Positions 1-9,243 of a stretch of DNA of 64,000 nucleotides are shown here, one piece after another. The notes under the pieces are model-generated. The model did no database searches. It worked only from the letters and a program-made list of their open reading frames with translations, and was not told where the DNA came from. Where the stretch lies: positions 1 to 64,000 of IMG/VR virus record IMGVR_UViG_3300011774_000001. One strand, given 5' to 3'. The position numbers were made by a program, and so were the translations under genes. The number at the start of each line of letters is the position of its first letter. Within the stretch, counting starts at the first letter, position 1. This DNA comes from a virus (taxonomy: Duplodnaviria; Caudoviricetes).

Positions 1-917
1 CTGGCAAGCTGCTGGACGTGCTGGAACAGCGCTACTGCTACGGCATCCCGCTGACCGCACCGATCTCGGTTCCGGCTCCTGTTGGCTCCACCAAGCCAGC
101 TCAGAACCTGGAAGCTCTGATCTCCGCTCAGCGTCGCCGTTGCTCGAACGCTGCGATCACCACTCTGATCAACCACGCTGGTCTGCTCGCAGACTACATG
201 GCTGGCAAGCGCCGTAAGGGCACCATGCCACAGCTGGGTTCGATCGGCCGCCTGGTCGTGCATCCGTTCTACGAGAAGCGCGTTATCGACGCCGCCGCTG
301 CCGTGCAAACCCTGCGCGACAACGACAAAGCGCTCGACATCGCTGCGCTGCTCACCAACACCATCAAGGATCTGGCAGCCGACATGCTGATCCAGTCGGC
401 CTACCCGGCCGCGCTGGAAGCTTCGCTGACTGGTTCCAAGTCGGTGAAACTGCTGGTTGGTACCGACATCAAAATCGGTCAGCACCTGCAGGTTCAAGGT
501 GATCTGCGTACCTTCGGCCCGATGTTCAGCAACATGACCGTCGTGACCACTCTGAACAAGAAGATGGACAACCGCGTCTTCCTGACGCTGACCCGCGACA
601 GCGAGTCGAATGTCCCAGACGTTCTTCAGTTCGGCTGGCACGCCTTCATGCCTGAGCTGGTCTCCGTTGTTCAGGTGACCCGTAACGGTAACACCCGTCA
701 GGAAGCAACCGTGCAGTCGCGTTACCTGCACATCTGCAACCTGCCAATCCTGGCCGAGATCGAAGTGAAGAACCTCTCCGAGGCGCTTTACAACAAATCG
801 GCTATCCGTGTCGACCTCACCCAGGAGTCGGATTTTCCCACCACTCCTGGCACAGGTACTGACCCGGACGCAGGTACTGATACCAGCGGCGGTACTGGTG
901 CAGGCACCGGTGGTTAA
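1..917 (+). CDS. Major capsid protein, C-terminal part (phiKZ gp120-like); 5' end lies outside the window
   Basis: Open frame runs from the window edge; very strong C-ending codon bias typical of a highly expressed gene; C-terminal motif VQSRYLHICNLPIL resembles phiKZ-like MCPs; lies upstream of a gp123-like RNAP subunit as in phiKZ. Confidence 0.8.
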   Translation, partial: GKLLDVLEQRYCYGIPLTAPISVPAPVGSTKPAQNLEALISAQRRRCSNAAITTLINHAGLLADYMAGKRRKGTMPQLGSIGRLVVHPFYEKRVIDAAAAVQTLRDNDKALDIAALLTNTIKDLAADMLIQSAYPAALEASLTGSKSVKLLVGTDIKIGQHLQVQGDLRTFGPMFSNMTVVTTLNKKMDNRVFLTLTRDSESNVPDVLQFGWHAFMPELVSVVQVTRNGNTRQEATVQSRYLHICNLPILAEIEVKNLSEALYNKSAIRVDLTQESDFPTTPGTGTDPDAGTDTSGGTGAGTGG

Positions 918-946
918 TCCGTAAGGGTTGACTGTAGCATCATAGG

Positions 947-982
947 GGCAGGCCTTCGGGCCTGCCTTTATGCCCTTATGCC
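947..982 (+). terminator. Hairpin GGCAGGCC-TTCG-GGCCTGCC followed by two TATGCC motifs
   Basis: Perfect 8-bp stem with UUCG tetraloop 30 nt after the capsid stop codon. Confidence 0.8.
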
Positions 983-990
983 GCCGACAC

Positions 991-1030
991 GCTTGAACCA
1001 AATCTCAAACCTAAATTATCCATTTGAATG
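991..1030 (+). promoter_or_regulatory. Phage promoter-like motif (variant of the 31185/34170 motif)
   Basis: AATCTCAAACCTAAATTATCCATTTGAAT aligns without gaps to AATCTCGAACCTATAATACCCACGTGAAT at 34180. Confidence 0.55.
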
Positions 1031-1181
1031 TAGTTGCAATAGCGGCCCTGTTGTGATTATGTTTGAACGGTATGCGTATCCCCCAACGCCATAGCCTGAC
1101 CCGCTCGCCGGGAGTAAGAAATGGAAGTTGGTTCGAAAGACCAGCTCTACCGATATCATCCGTCGGCACCGGAGCAGTTTA

Positions 1182-2327
1182 ATGACACTTACAATCAGTG
1201 TCCCGGACAGGATTATCGAAGAGATTCCAATTGCAGAAATGGAGTGGTTCGGCGAACAGGATATTCTGTTTGATCACATGCCCACCATGGAAACCACGGT
1301 GACCTGCATGAACTACACACACAGAGATGTGTGGGTGGCTGAGCGCTCGGGTGCGGTGAGTAAGACCATGCCCAAGAGTAACTCGGGATCAAACTGCTTC
1401 TGCATTAAGATCTCTCGAAGACGTGCATCTTCTACCCAGACAGAGTTTGAGCTGTATGACATGGTGGAAGACGGGACTGGAAAAATAAAGACGGGCAGCG
1501 GCTTGTCTGCGATGGCGCGTTCATACACGCTGTCGAACAACCGAATGCACGGAATGCATACGTGTCATGAAGTAATCTTCACCATCCCCATGCAAAAGAT
1601 TCAATCGCATGGTGGTTCAATTTATCATCCTGAGACCGATATGGTTCTGGCGCTGAGCCGAGACCACGCCGTGCATCCAGGCTCGCCACAATCGAGACTG
1701 CGATACATGCATCGTTCTAGAGAGGATGATCTTCTACCACACTCGTTAGATTCGGAGGAACTCAAGGACCTGAAATCTGCGTTAGGCATGAGACGGGGTT
1801 CTGACATGGCGAGAGTCATGATCGGGATAATTGATAACGAACGTAAGTTTGGAGATAAGTACGTCAACCTACTAGGGTTGCCACACCTGGTGAAAGCAAA
1901 CGCCAGTGAGCGGCTTCGAGATGGGGTGTATGTGGTGAGGGATGAGAAGGTCAATGAGGCCGGTCGTTCTTCAAAGGCAACGATCACGCACTATTCATTC
2001 GAGGACGTTGAAACATCTGGCATTAAGCTATTTAACTCCAGCAAAGACGCCCTTACCTATGGCGATCCTGAGAAAGCAGCGGAACGACAAGCTGAAGAAC
2101 TCAAGGCTCAAAATCTGGTTCTGAAGCAACAGCTCGATCAGCAGCAGACCCAGAGCAAGCTAACCATAACCCATGTCAATGACAAGATTGACCAGCAGTC
2201 CTTGAACCGTAAGGACTATTATGAGGAACGATCCCATAGGCGGAAAGACTCCTCTGAGGATATGAAGTATTTCTACGCTGGCATCGCAGGGTTATTAGGT
2301 TTGGTCGCTTTATTCCTTAAGAAGTAA
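1182..2327 (+). CDS. Conserved hypothetical protein with C-terminal coiled coil and membrane anchor (phiKZ gp122-like position)
   Basis: GGAG RBS before ATG 1182; C-terminal hydrophobic YFYAGIAGLLGLVALFLKK; synteny between MCP and RNAP subunit. Confidence 0.7.
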   Translation: MTLTISVPDRIIEEIPIAEMEWFGEQDILFDHMPTMETTVTCMNYTHRDVWVAERSGAVSKTMPKSNSGSNCFCIKISRRRASSTQTEFELYDMVEDGTGKIKTGSGLSAMARSYTLSNNRMHGMHTCHEVIFTIPMQKIQSHGGSIYHPETDMVLALSRDHAVHPGSPQSRLRYMHRSREDDLLPHSLDSEELKDLKSALGMRRGSDMARVMIGIIDNERKFGDKYVNLLGLPHLVKANASERLRDGVYVVRDEKVNEAGRSSKATITHYSFEDVETSGIKLFNSSKDALTYGDPEKAAERQAEELKAQNLVLKQQLDQQQTQSKLTITHVNDKIDQQSLNRKDYYEERSHRRKDSSEDMKYFYAGIAGLLGLVALFLKK

Positions 2328-2345
2328 CACAGGGGAGTTGTCTGG

Positions 2346-3965
2346 ATGAACGCACAAATGTTGGCAATCGTGGCTGCAGAAACGCCGCCAATCAATCCCG
2401 ATATTGCCAATGGCATTGCAACCGTTCAGGTCAAGACGGCTGAGTCGTACATTGACCGAGACTTGCGTGCCTGCTCGGAGCAGTTACCGGAAGGTATCAG
2501 CTACGACGGTTATCGCCGCCTGTTACCGATGGAGGAGTACAAAATCCTTCATCAAAAGAAAGAAAAGAACTACGTCGAACTCTCCCGCACGAGCATGTAT
2601 CTGATTGATACACTGTTCAGCTTGCACGGCAAGCCGTTGGAGAATCGACCCATGTACATGCCATTTGTGGGCGACGCTGGCATTATGTGGATCAGGGGTA
2701 CGCCGTATGTGGTGAACCCGGTCATCGGTGACGTGGCAGTGAGTGTCACGCGTGGTGGTCTGTTCGCATGGCTGGGCCTGACTAAGGTTCAGTTCTACCG
2801 GATGAACTATCACTTCTTCGCCGATGGCAAGAACCAGGGTGCGTCCGTGGCGCACTCTAACCTGTATCACCGTAGTACCAAGTCGAAAGCTACCAAGGTT
2901 GGCAAGAACAGCCTGCGCTCGACGCTTGTGCACTACATGCTTTGCCGGATGGGTCTTACCGAGCTGCTCATCAAGCATTTCAAGTGCTCTGATGTTCGTA
3001 TCGGTGACAAAGACCTCATCAACCACGATCACCTCGATCCTGATGAATGGCTGATCTGTTCCAGTGGCGGTCAAGGCGGTCACCTGCGTCGTCCTGCGGA
3101 CTATGTCCCTAGCCGACTGGCCATTGCGATTCCTCGCAATTCCGTGACTGCCGATCAGATTGATGCGATCTGCGGCATCTTCTACGTGGTTGACACTTAT
3201 CCTGATCAAGCAACGCCTCAGTATGTGGACAATCCACACATGTGGCAGCGCCTGATGGGTCGCATCATCTTCGGTGACACCATGAACGAAGGTGAGCGGA
3301 TGATCCTGTTGCGCGAGCACTTGATCTCCATCGACGGGTACGTGAACTATCAGTCGCGTCGTACGCTGCACCAGGGTGGGATCATGGTGGAAAACATCCA
3401 TGACTTCTTTGCCTGGGTGGTACGAGAGTTGCCAGTGCTGATCGCCAGTGCGCCTACGGAAGTGGCCTCGCTGTACGGTAAGCGTCTGATGACTGTGCGG
3501 TACCTGCTTAAAGACATTAGCCGGTCCATCTACCTGCTCATGTTCCGTTTGCGCGCTCAGTTCAACAAACGAGGGCGCCTGAGTGAGAAAGAGATTCGCG
3601 ATGCCATGCGTAAAGGCCTGCTGCGAGACCGCATCACCGTGGTCAACGTAGGGCATGCCGAGGTGTCGACTGTTTCCTCACCGGGTGACAACAAGATCTT
3701 CAAGATCACCAGTACGGCTGTGCTTCAGGAAAACACCGACAGTCCCAAAGGCAAGGGCGGTGGTGGTAGCCTGAATGATCCAAGTAAGTTCATCCACGTT
3801 TCGGTTATTGAGTTCTGCTCCTATTGCGCCATGCGTAAGAACGAGCCGACTGGCCGTGGTAACTTGGGTACTCATGCGATCACCAACGAACGTGGTGACC
3901 TGATTCGCAATCCAAAGTACATCAACCTCATGGAACATACGCAGCATCTTCTGACGCGCATGTAA
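2346..3965 (+). CDS. Non-virion RNA polymerase beta-like subunit, N-terminal part (phiKZ gp123-like)
   Basis: 539 aa; YMPFVGDAGIMWIRGTPY resembles the RpoB N-terminal IPLMT..GTFIING.E motif; position after MCP matches phiKZ-like phages. Confidence 0.8.
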   Translation: MNAQMLAIVAAETPPINPDIANGIATVQVKTAESYIDRDLRACSEQLPEGISYDGYRRLLPMEEYKILHQKKEKNYVELSRTSMYLIDTLFSLHGKPLENRPMYMPFVGDAGIMWIRGTPYVVNPVIGDVAVSVTRGGLFAWLGLTKVQFYRMNYHFFADGKNQGASVAHSNLYHRSTKSKATKVGKNSLRSTLVHYMLCRMGLTELLIKHFKCSDVRIGDKDLINHDHLDPDEWLICSSGGQGGHLRRPADYVPSRLAIAIPRNSVTADQIDAICGIFYVVDTYPDQATPQYVDNPHMWQRLMGRIIFGDTMNEGERMILLREHLISIDGYVNYQSRRTLHQGGIMVENIHDFFAWVVRELPVLIASAPTEVASLYGKRLMTVRYLLKDISRSIYLLMFRLRAQFNKRGRLSEKEIRDAMRKGLLRDRITVVNVGHAEVSTVSSPGDNKIFKITSTAVLQENTDSPKGKGGGGSLNDPSKFIHVSVIEFCSYCAMRKNEPTGRGNLGTHAITNERGDLIRNPKYINLMEHTQHLLTRM

Positions 3966-3992
3966 CCAGACTTCAGTTAAAAGGACACAACC

Positions 3993-6341
3993 ATGCAATA
4001 CCAAGGTGGCGGTCTGCCATTTCCCGCTGACAGCCTGATCAATGGTAACTGGATTCCTGACCCGATGAACGCACAATTACCGGTTCCCCAAAAGCCGGTG
4101 TTTGTACAGTACCCACAGATGCAGTGGGTGTTGGCGATGACTGCAGGTTTGCTGGTTAGCAGCTTGCAGAACAACTGCCAAGGCGGGCCAGTATCGGCAT
4201 TTGCCTACAACCTGTTCTCCAGCAACGGTTACCAGAACCAATTCTGGCTGACCATCGTCGACGATGCCACAGACTTCGCGCTGCAGGCATTGAACGCAAA
4301 CCCAAACAGCAACGCTCAACAAGTGGTGCAGAATGCGATCTCGTTCTACGCGGGTTACGCAGCTGCAGCCTGTGTGCCTAAGTGGCCAGCGTTGCAGCAG
4401 TACCTGAGCCCTGATCAAATCGCCCGCTGCAATCAGGTGATCAATCAGTTCAATGCCATCAGCGGTAATCAAGGTGGCGGCAATCAGGTTCAGCAGAACA
4501 CTGCGAACTACGCAACCAGCAACAACGTCGGCGGTGGGATCATGACTCCCAACGCCAACAGCTTCACCTACAACGCCCTGCATCTTGAAGAGCGTTCCAA
4601 GTACGGCGGACGTGCCAAGGCGATTCCAGATGCCCGTCGTCCAAAGAACGAACCCGACAACGAACTGAAGGATCTCGGCGTGACTGAAGTCGATAACATC
4701 GGCAAGCAGCAGCCTGATCAGGCGCAGCTGAGCCAACCCGCAGCACAGGCCGCACCCGCTCCCATCGCAATGGTCCGTAAGCGTCCTCGGCCAACGCCGA
4801 TTGCCGCAGCAGCCATCACGATGGTGGACAACGCGGGTCAGCCGATCGAGCCGGAGAAGACTGAGCAAGTAGTTATTCAGCCAACTCAGGCACCAATCGA
4901 TCCAGCACCGCGTGCAGCTCAGCAGGAATACCTGCCGCTGAACAGCGACATTCCTTCTCTGGACGTGTTGGGTGTTTCCGACAACGAGTGGGGCGACATC
5001 CCAGACTTCGGCGCTCCTCGTGCAACTGGTGGCGCTGCAGCGGTGGTGGTTGACGATACTCCGCCAGACGACTACGCAGTACACACCAGCGGCCGCTTCC
5101 TGATTCGTCCGAAGCATGCCGACGTGGTTCTGCCACTCACGCTGGAAGACGCTCACCTGGAAGAAGAAGAAGACCTGGAAATCATTCAGATCTCTTCCCT
5201 GCCACAAGAAGGCGACTTCTCCGCGCTGGAGCTGGAAGACGGCAACGTGGCTGTTGTGGTTTCTCACGACGACACTGGCCGTACCTGGACTGTGGGTCAA
5301 CCGCACAACCACCCGTACAGCCCACTCACTCACATCCGCTACCTCGTGCAGGTCTCCGACGATCTCAAGTACGAGGCATTCATGCCGCGAGATCCTGCCG
5401 TGGAATACGAAGACCTGGAATTCGATGCAACCAAGCGCATGCAAGCGCGCCAGCTGCGTCTGTCCGACAAGAGCATTCTGGCCGACCTGTCGGTCATCAC
5501 CGAGATCGTTCCAGCCGGCGCTCCGTACACCATCATCGGTGCCACGGAAGAACTGACCAAAGCGGCTCAAGATGCAGACCAAAGCAAAGTGCTGGAAGTG
5601 GTCGAGCGTTTCCAAGGCAAGCTGACGTACTTCGAAGGCGTGCTGGAAGAAACCCCGCTGCACAAAGCACTGTATCGGGTGGATACCTTCTTCGATCAGG
5701 TCAAAGCGCGCAATGCGGTCGCTGTCACTTACGCCAGCGATGCAGTGGCATTCGTCGCCTACGGCCTGGGCACCAAAGTTAAAGAACTCAACAGCGCTCA
5801 GCAAAAGCAACGCCTGCCGAAGCTGTTGATGTTTGTGCGTGATCTGGAAAACGTGTGTCCTCGTGCATTCGTGTACTTGAACGACATGTTGACCCGTGAA
5901 ACCAATCAGGTCCTCCAGTTCAACCTGGGCCTGACCGAATATCGCGTAAGCGATTTCGCCCATGATTACTTCGACTTGACCACCATGATCGAGGAGGAGA
6001 AGGGTGAGTTGGCTGTCGAGAAACTCGGCGAAGCCATGAATGACGTAGCGCTTGGCCTGGAGGTCTCCTTCATGGGGATCGACCTGATCGTGAAGCAAAC
6101 CTACGCGGTGGTTGGACTGCCCGTGGGCCTGGCAAGCTTCAAGTTGGAGACGGCATCTGGGGAGATGTACGTGATCAACTCCACTTGGGGTCCAGAGCTG
6201 AACGCTTTGCTGGATGAGGCAAAGAAAGATGGCGAACGACCAAAGAACATCAAGACTTACCTGAGCGGCCGCGACGGTGATGTGTTTGAGGTTCGTGAGT
6301 CCATCTGGGACGACGGCTTCAAGATGCTCGTCAAGCAGTAA
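3993..6341 (+). CDS. Large hypothetical protein with Q/N-rich N-terminus and Pro/Ala-rich linker
   Basis: AAGGA RBS; 782-aa ORF with phage-typical codon bias. Confidence 0.8.
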   Translation: MQYQGGGLPFPADSLINGNWIPDPMNAQLPVPQKPVFVQYPQMQWVLAMTAGLLVSSLQNNCQGGPVSAFAYNLFSSNGYQNQFWLTIVDDATDFALQALNANPNSNAQQVVQNAISFYAGYAAAACVPKWPALQQYLSPDQIARCNQVINQFNAISGNQGGGNQVQQNTANYATSNNVGGGIMTPNANSFTYNALHLEERSKYGGRAKAIPDARRPKNEPDNELKDLGVTEVDNIGKQQPDQAQLSQPAAQAAPAPIAMVRKRPRPTPIAAAAITMVDNAGQPIEPEKTEQVVIQPTQAPIDPAPRAAQQEYLPLNSDIPSLDVLGVSDNEWGDIPDFGAPRATGGAAAVVVDDTPPDDYAVHTSGRFLIRPKHADVVLPLTLEDAHLEEEEDLEIIQISSLPQEGDFSALELEDGNVAVVVSHDDTGRTWTVGQPHNHPYSPLTHIRYLVQVSDDLKYEAFMPRDPAVEYEDLEFDATKRMQARQLRLSDKSILADLSVITEIVPAGAPYTIIGATEELTKAAQDADQSKVLEVVERFQGKLTYFEGVLEETPLHKALYRVDTFFDQVKARNAVAVTYASDAVAFVAYGLGTKVKELNSAQQKQRLPKLLMFVRDLENVCPRAFVYLNDMLTRETNQVLQFNLGLTEYRVSDFAHDYFDLTTMIEEEKGELAVEKLGEAMNDVALGLEVSFMGIDLIVKQTYAVVGLPVGLASFKLETASGEMYVINSTWGPELNALLDEAKKDGERPKNIKTYLSGRDGDVFEVRESIWDDGFKMLVKQ

Positions 6342-6411
6342 CAACCAACCCAACCATTCCCATTAACCTGACAACCCCGGTACAACCCATTTACGAAAGT
6401 GCTGCATAAGC

Positions 6412-6468
6412 GCATAGACTCCAGGCCCACCGGGGGCCTGGAGTCACTTATGCCCTCTATTTTTTTTT
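6412..6468. terminator. Bidirectional hairpin (GACTCCAGGCCC/GGGCCTGGAGTC) flanked by GCATA and TATGCC, plus a downstream T-tract
   Basis: 12-bp stem between convergent genes. Confidence 0.85.
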
Positions 6469-6471
6469 GTT

Positions 6472-9198
6472 TCAAACAGTGTCAGTGTTCTCAGAGTCGT
6501 CTGGCTTTTCTTCCTCTTCCTCTGATTCCTCGCCTCCAGTGTCGTCACCGAAGTCGAAGTCACCACCATCACCGTCGCCGTCATCATCACCCATGTCGAA
6601 GTCACCGAAGTCATCATCGCCAGAGTCGTAGTCGCTGCTACCACCACCACTGGTTTCAGAACCTTCACCGGCCTCAGTACCTTCCACCCGTTGTGCGTCC
6701 AGACGCTCCTTTAGAGTCGCCATCTGGTTCTCACTGATGAGCGCTGCCGAGTACAGCTGCAGACCCATGCCCTGGATGATCTTGACGAGGCGCCCTGCGT
6801 TCACGATACCGTTCATGACCAGCATACTGCCTGGATCTTCGTTGGTGTCGTTCTTGAACAGGTCGGTAACTTCTGGCAAGATCGAGTTGTTGCGGCAGTA
6901 ATCCAGCACCAGCGTAGACTTCACAGATGCTTTCAGTACAGCCACCCACTCGTTGGAACTTTCACCCGTCACGTTGGCCTGCATCAGATCGTCAGGCACA
7001 ATGTTGTCCAAGACTTTCTCAATGCCAGACACGTACTCGTCCAGATCCGACATGCGGTTTGCCATGCCCGTGTCAGGACGTGGTAGGGTGCAGGTATAGA
7101 TAGCAAAGAACGACTGGATGAAATAGTCCTCACCCAACTTGGCTACCACTTCCTGGTTCATGTTCTTGACATGCTCACCCACTGCTTTGCGCAGACGATC
7201 CATGTAACCCTTGTGGTTCAAGGTCAACTTGATCAATGTTTCACGCACGAGCAGGTTGGTACGGTCTTGCAGCGCAATGGCACGCTTGAGCGACAGTTCG
7301 TTCGAGGTAGCCATCTTGGAGCTGAACTCGATCTGAGTCGACAGGTCCACAATCTCTGGTGCGAGACCAAAGCCCATGGTTTGCCGTTTGCGCAGATCTT
7401 CATCCAGTTCAAGGTTGACTTCCTTGTACTCAACAGGACGCGAGTCCACCGAGATCTTGGTGCCGGGATAAGTGTCACCACCTTCCACGTTCACAGCCAG
7501 CCCCGAGTTCTGAGCCACTTCTACCATACGGCGAGGGTTGGAGCTTGCCCACGGAATGGAGTTAGCACGCTGACGCGCGTACTCGTGCATCGCCATTTCC
7601 TTGGTACGCGACTTGTTAGGGTCGTCCTCGTCGATGGTGATGTTCAGGGTACGGTGGTCGATCGAGTTGCGGATGTGCGTCTCAACGTTCATGAACATGG
7701 TCAGTGCACGGATAGAGGACAGAATCTTGTTGTCTTCCATCAGCGAACGGCCAGTACCGTTGTCGTTGTAGTCGTACGTCCAGTAGATCACCATGTCGGC
7801 GGGGACGTAGACGATACGGGTTTGCTTACCCGCCAACGCACGTTCGAACATCAGGTCGTAAGCCATCTCCACACGGGACACGGTCACGTTACCCACAGTG
7901 CCATGCAACAGACGGTTCTCGATGTCACGCAGAGCCAGCTCACGGAACGCCTGAACAGCCTGCATTGTCATCATCTGCTGACTGAAGCCGTCCTCCATGT
8001 TCATCTGGTCTGCCATGTTATTCAGCATACCAGAGATGGCATTACGGTTATTGAACACCCCAGCCGAGATGTTGCGCATGTAATCGCTGCGCGCTTGACG
8101 ACTAATGAATGCGCCAAATTCATCGATCAGGAACAGGTGGCCCACAGGCTTGCTGGGATTACCTGGACGCACAACAGGCATGCACGCCTCAGTAGGGGCT
8201 GCCTTCCACAGAGGAGGGCCCACAGCTTCACGGGTGGCTTCTTCCTGACGGACCATCATGACGATGTCTTCAGGTTTCAGATCCGGGCTGTGATACATCT
8301 GTTCAATGTTACCGAACATCGAGTTACCACCGACGCTCTCGATGGCCATCTTGTTGTGCTGGCCTTTGATCGACGAGACGATATCTTCCAGCTTGAGCAT
8401 CTGTGGGTTGTCGTAGATCTCTGGCATAACAAAGCCAGGGAACTTACTGAAGTCCCACTTCTTGCCGTTGCTCAGAGAATCGCCCGCCATCTTCAGCGGG
8501 TCCAGCTTCTCTGCCATGCCGTGAGACTTGGTCATCTCGCTCAGCATACTTTCAAGCGTCATGCGTGGATCTGGTTTGGCTGCTTTAGCCGCCGGACCAT
8601 TGGCCATGAAACCGCGAGGCTTGGAGATCTCGTCGTACATGCCTTTCTTGCGGAACGATTCCAAGCTGATCTTGTGGCGACCCCGACCATTGATCAAGTC
8701 GTCCAAGGAGTTCTCTGGGATGACGACAGTAACATCGGCCCCTTCCGTGAACAGTGCCTTACGCAGTTTTTCCTGCAAAAGGGACTTAATCTTATAGTTG
8801 TTCTCCACTTCCTCAAGGATCTTGAGCATCTCCTGCGTCATTTCTGCCGGCAGGATGTTTGGCTCAACGGCATGCTTGAGGGTGATCTGGGTAATGTCCT
8901 TCGGCGACAAGATCAAAGACAACAGAACCTGAATGCAGAGTTCGATCTCTGGCAACATGGTCATGTGGTTTTTGTAGTCGTCGATGTTGGTAGACATCAC
9001 ATCGGCGGTTTCTTGCAGGTAACCGAAGTTACCCAGATAAGGACTATCGGTACGTTCCGGGGCGGTGCCGCTTTGGTCGCGAATCATCTTCGACAAAACG
9101 GTGTCATTGCCTACGCCAGCGCGCGTATGTGGCATGCGGGTATTTGGCGTCCCCGTCCTGATGACGGTCTGGGCTGAGACTCGACCATTGCTATTCAT
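6472..9198 (-). CDS. Portal protein (phiKZ gp129-like)
   Basis: ~908 aa from ATG with GAAGGA RBS; motifs LPEIELCIQVLLSLILSP, GHLFLIDEFG, DYNDNGTGRSLME; acidic tail; divergent from a gp128-like gene as in phiKZ-like phages. Confidence 0.7.
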   Translation of the reverse strand: MNSNGRVSAQTVIRTGTPNTRMPHTRAGVGNDTVLSKMIRDQSGTAPERTDSPYLGNFGYLQETADVMSTNIDDYKNHMTMLPEIELCIQVLLSLILSPKDITQITLKHAVEPNILPAEMTQEMLKILEEVENNYKIKSLLQEKLRKALFTEGADVTVVIPENSLDDLINGRGRHKISLESFRKKGMYDEISKPRGFMANGPAAKAAKPDPRMTLESMLSEMTKSHGMAEKLDPLKMAGDSLSNGKKWDFSKFPGFVMPEIYDNPQMLKLEDIVSSIKGQHNKMAIESVGGNSMFGNIEQMYHSPDLKPEDIVMMVRQEEATREAVGPPLWKAAPTEACMPVVRPGNPSKPVGHLFLIDEFGAFISRQARSDYMRNISAGVFNNRNAISGMLNNMADQMNMEDGFSQQMMTMQAVQAFRELALRDIENRLLHGTVGNVTVSRVEMAYDLMFERALAGKQTRIVYVPADMVIYWTYDYNDNGTGRSLMEDNKILSSIRALTMFMNVETHIRNSIDHRTLNITIDEDDPNKSRTKEMAMHEYARQRANSIPWASSNPRRMVEVAQNSGLAVNVEGGDTYPGTKISVDSRPVEYKEVNLELDEDLRKRQTMGFGLAPEIVDLSTQIEFSSKMATSNELSLKRAIALQDRTNLLVRETLIKLTLNHKGYMDRLRKAVGEHVKNMNQEVVAKLGEDYFIQSFFAIYTCTLPRPDTGMANRMSDLDEYVSGIEKVLDNIVPDDLMQANVTGESSNEWVAVLKASVKSTLVLDYCRNNSILPEVTDLFKNDTNEDPGSMLVMNGIVNAGRLVKIIQGMGLQLYSAALISENQMATLKERLDAQRVEGTEAGEGSETSGGGSSDYDSGDDDFGDFDMGDDDGDGDGGDFDFGDDTGGEESEEEEEKPDDSENTDTV

Positions 9199-9243
9199 CG
9201 TACGTCCTTCTATTACAGGTGTCACAATTTTGGGGTGCTGGCC

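Noticed and set aside
831-925. TTTTCCC near the capsid C-terminus as a programmed frameshift site
   Set aside because: The heptamer is not in the required frame for -1 slippage and the +1 frame stops within ~30 codons, so no extended domain results.
6399-6737. His/Arg-rich ORF 6399..6737
   Set aside because: Antisense reading of the acidic low-complexity portal tail.
4077-9177. Very long antisense ORFs (4077..6353 -, 7171..9177 +; also 17927..19372, 20086..22164, 52703..54103, 51240..52520)
   Set aside because: They shadow real genes in codon register. Avoidance of TTA/CTA/TCA codons in the sense genes removes antisense stops. The translations lack motifs and RBSs.
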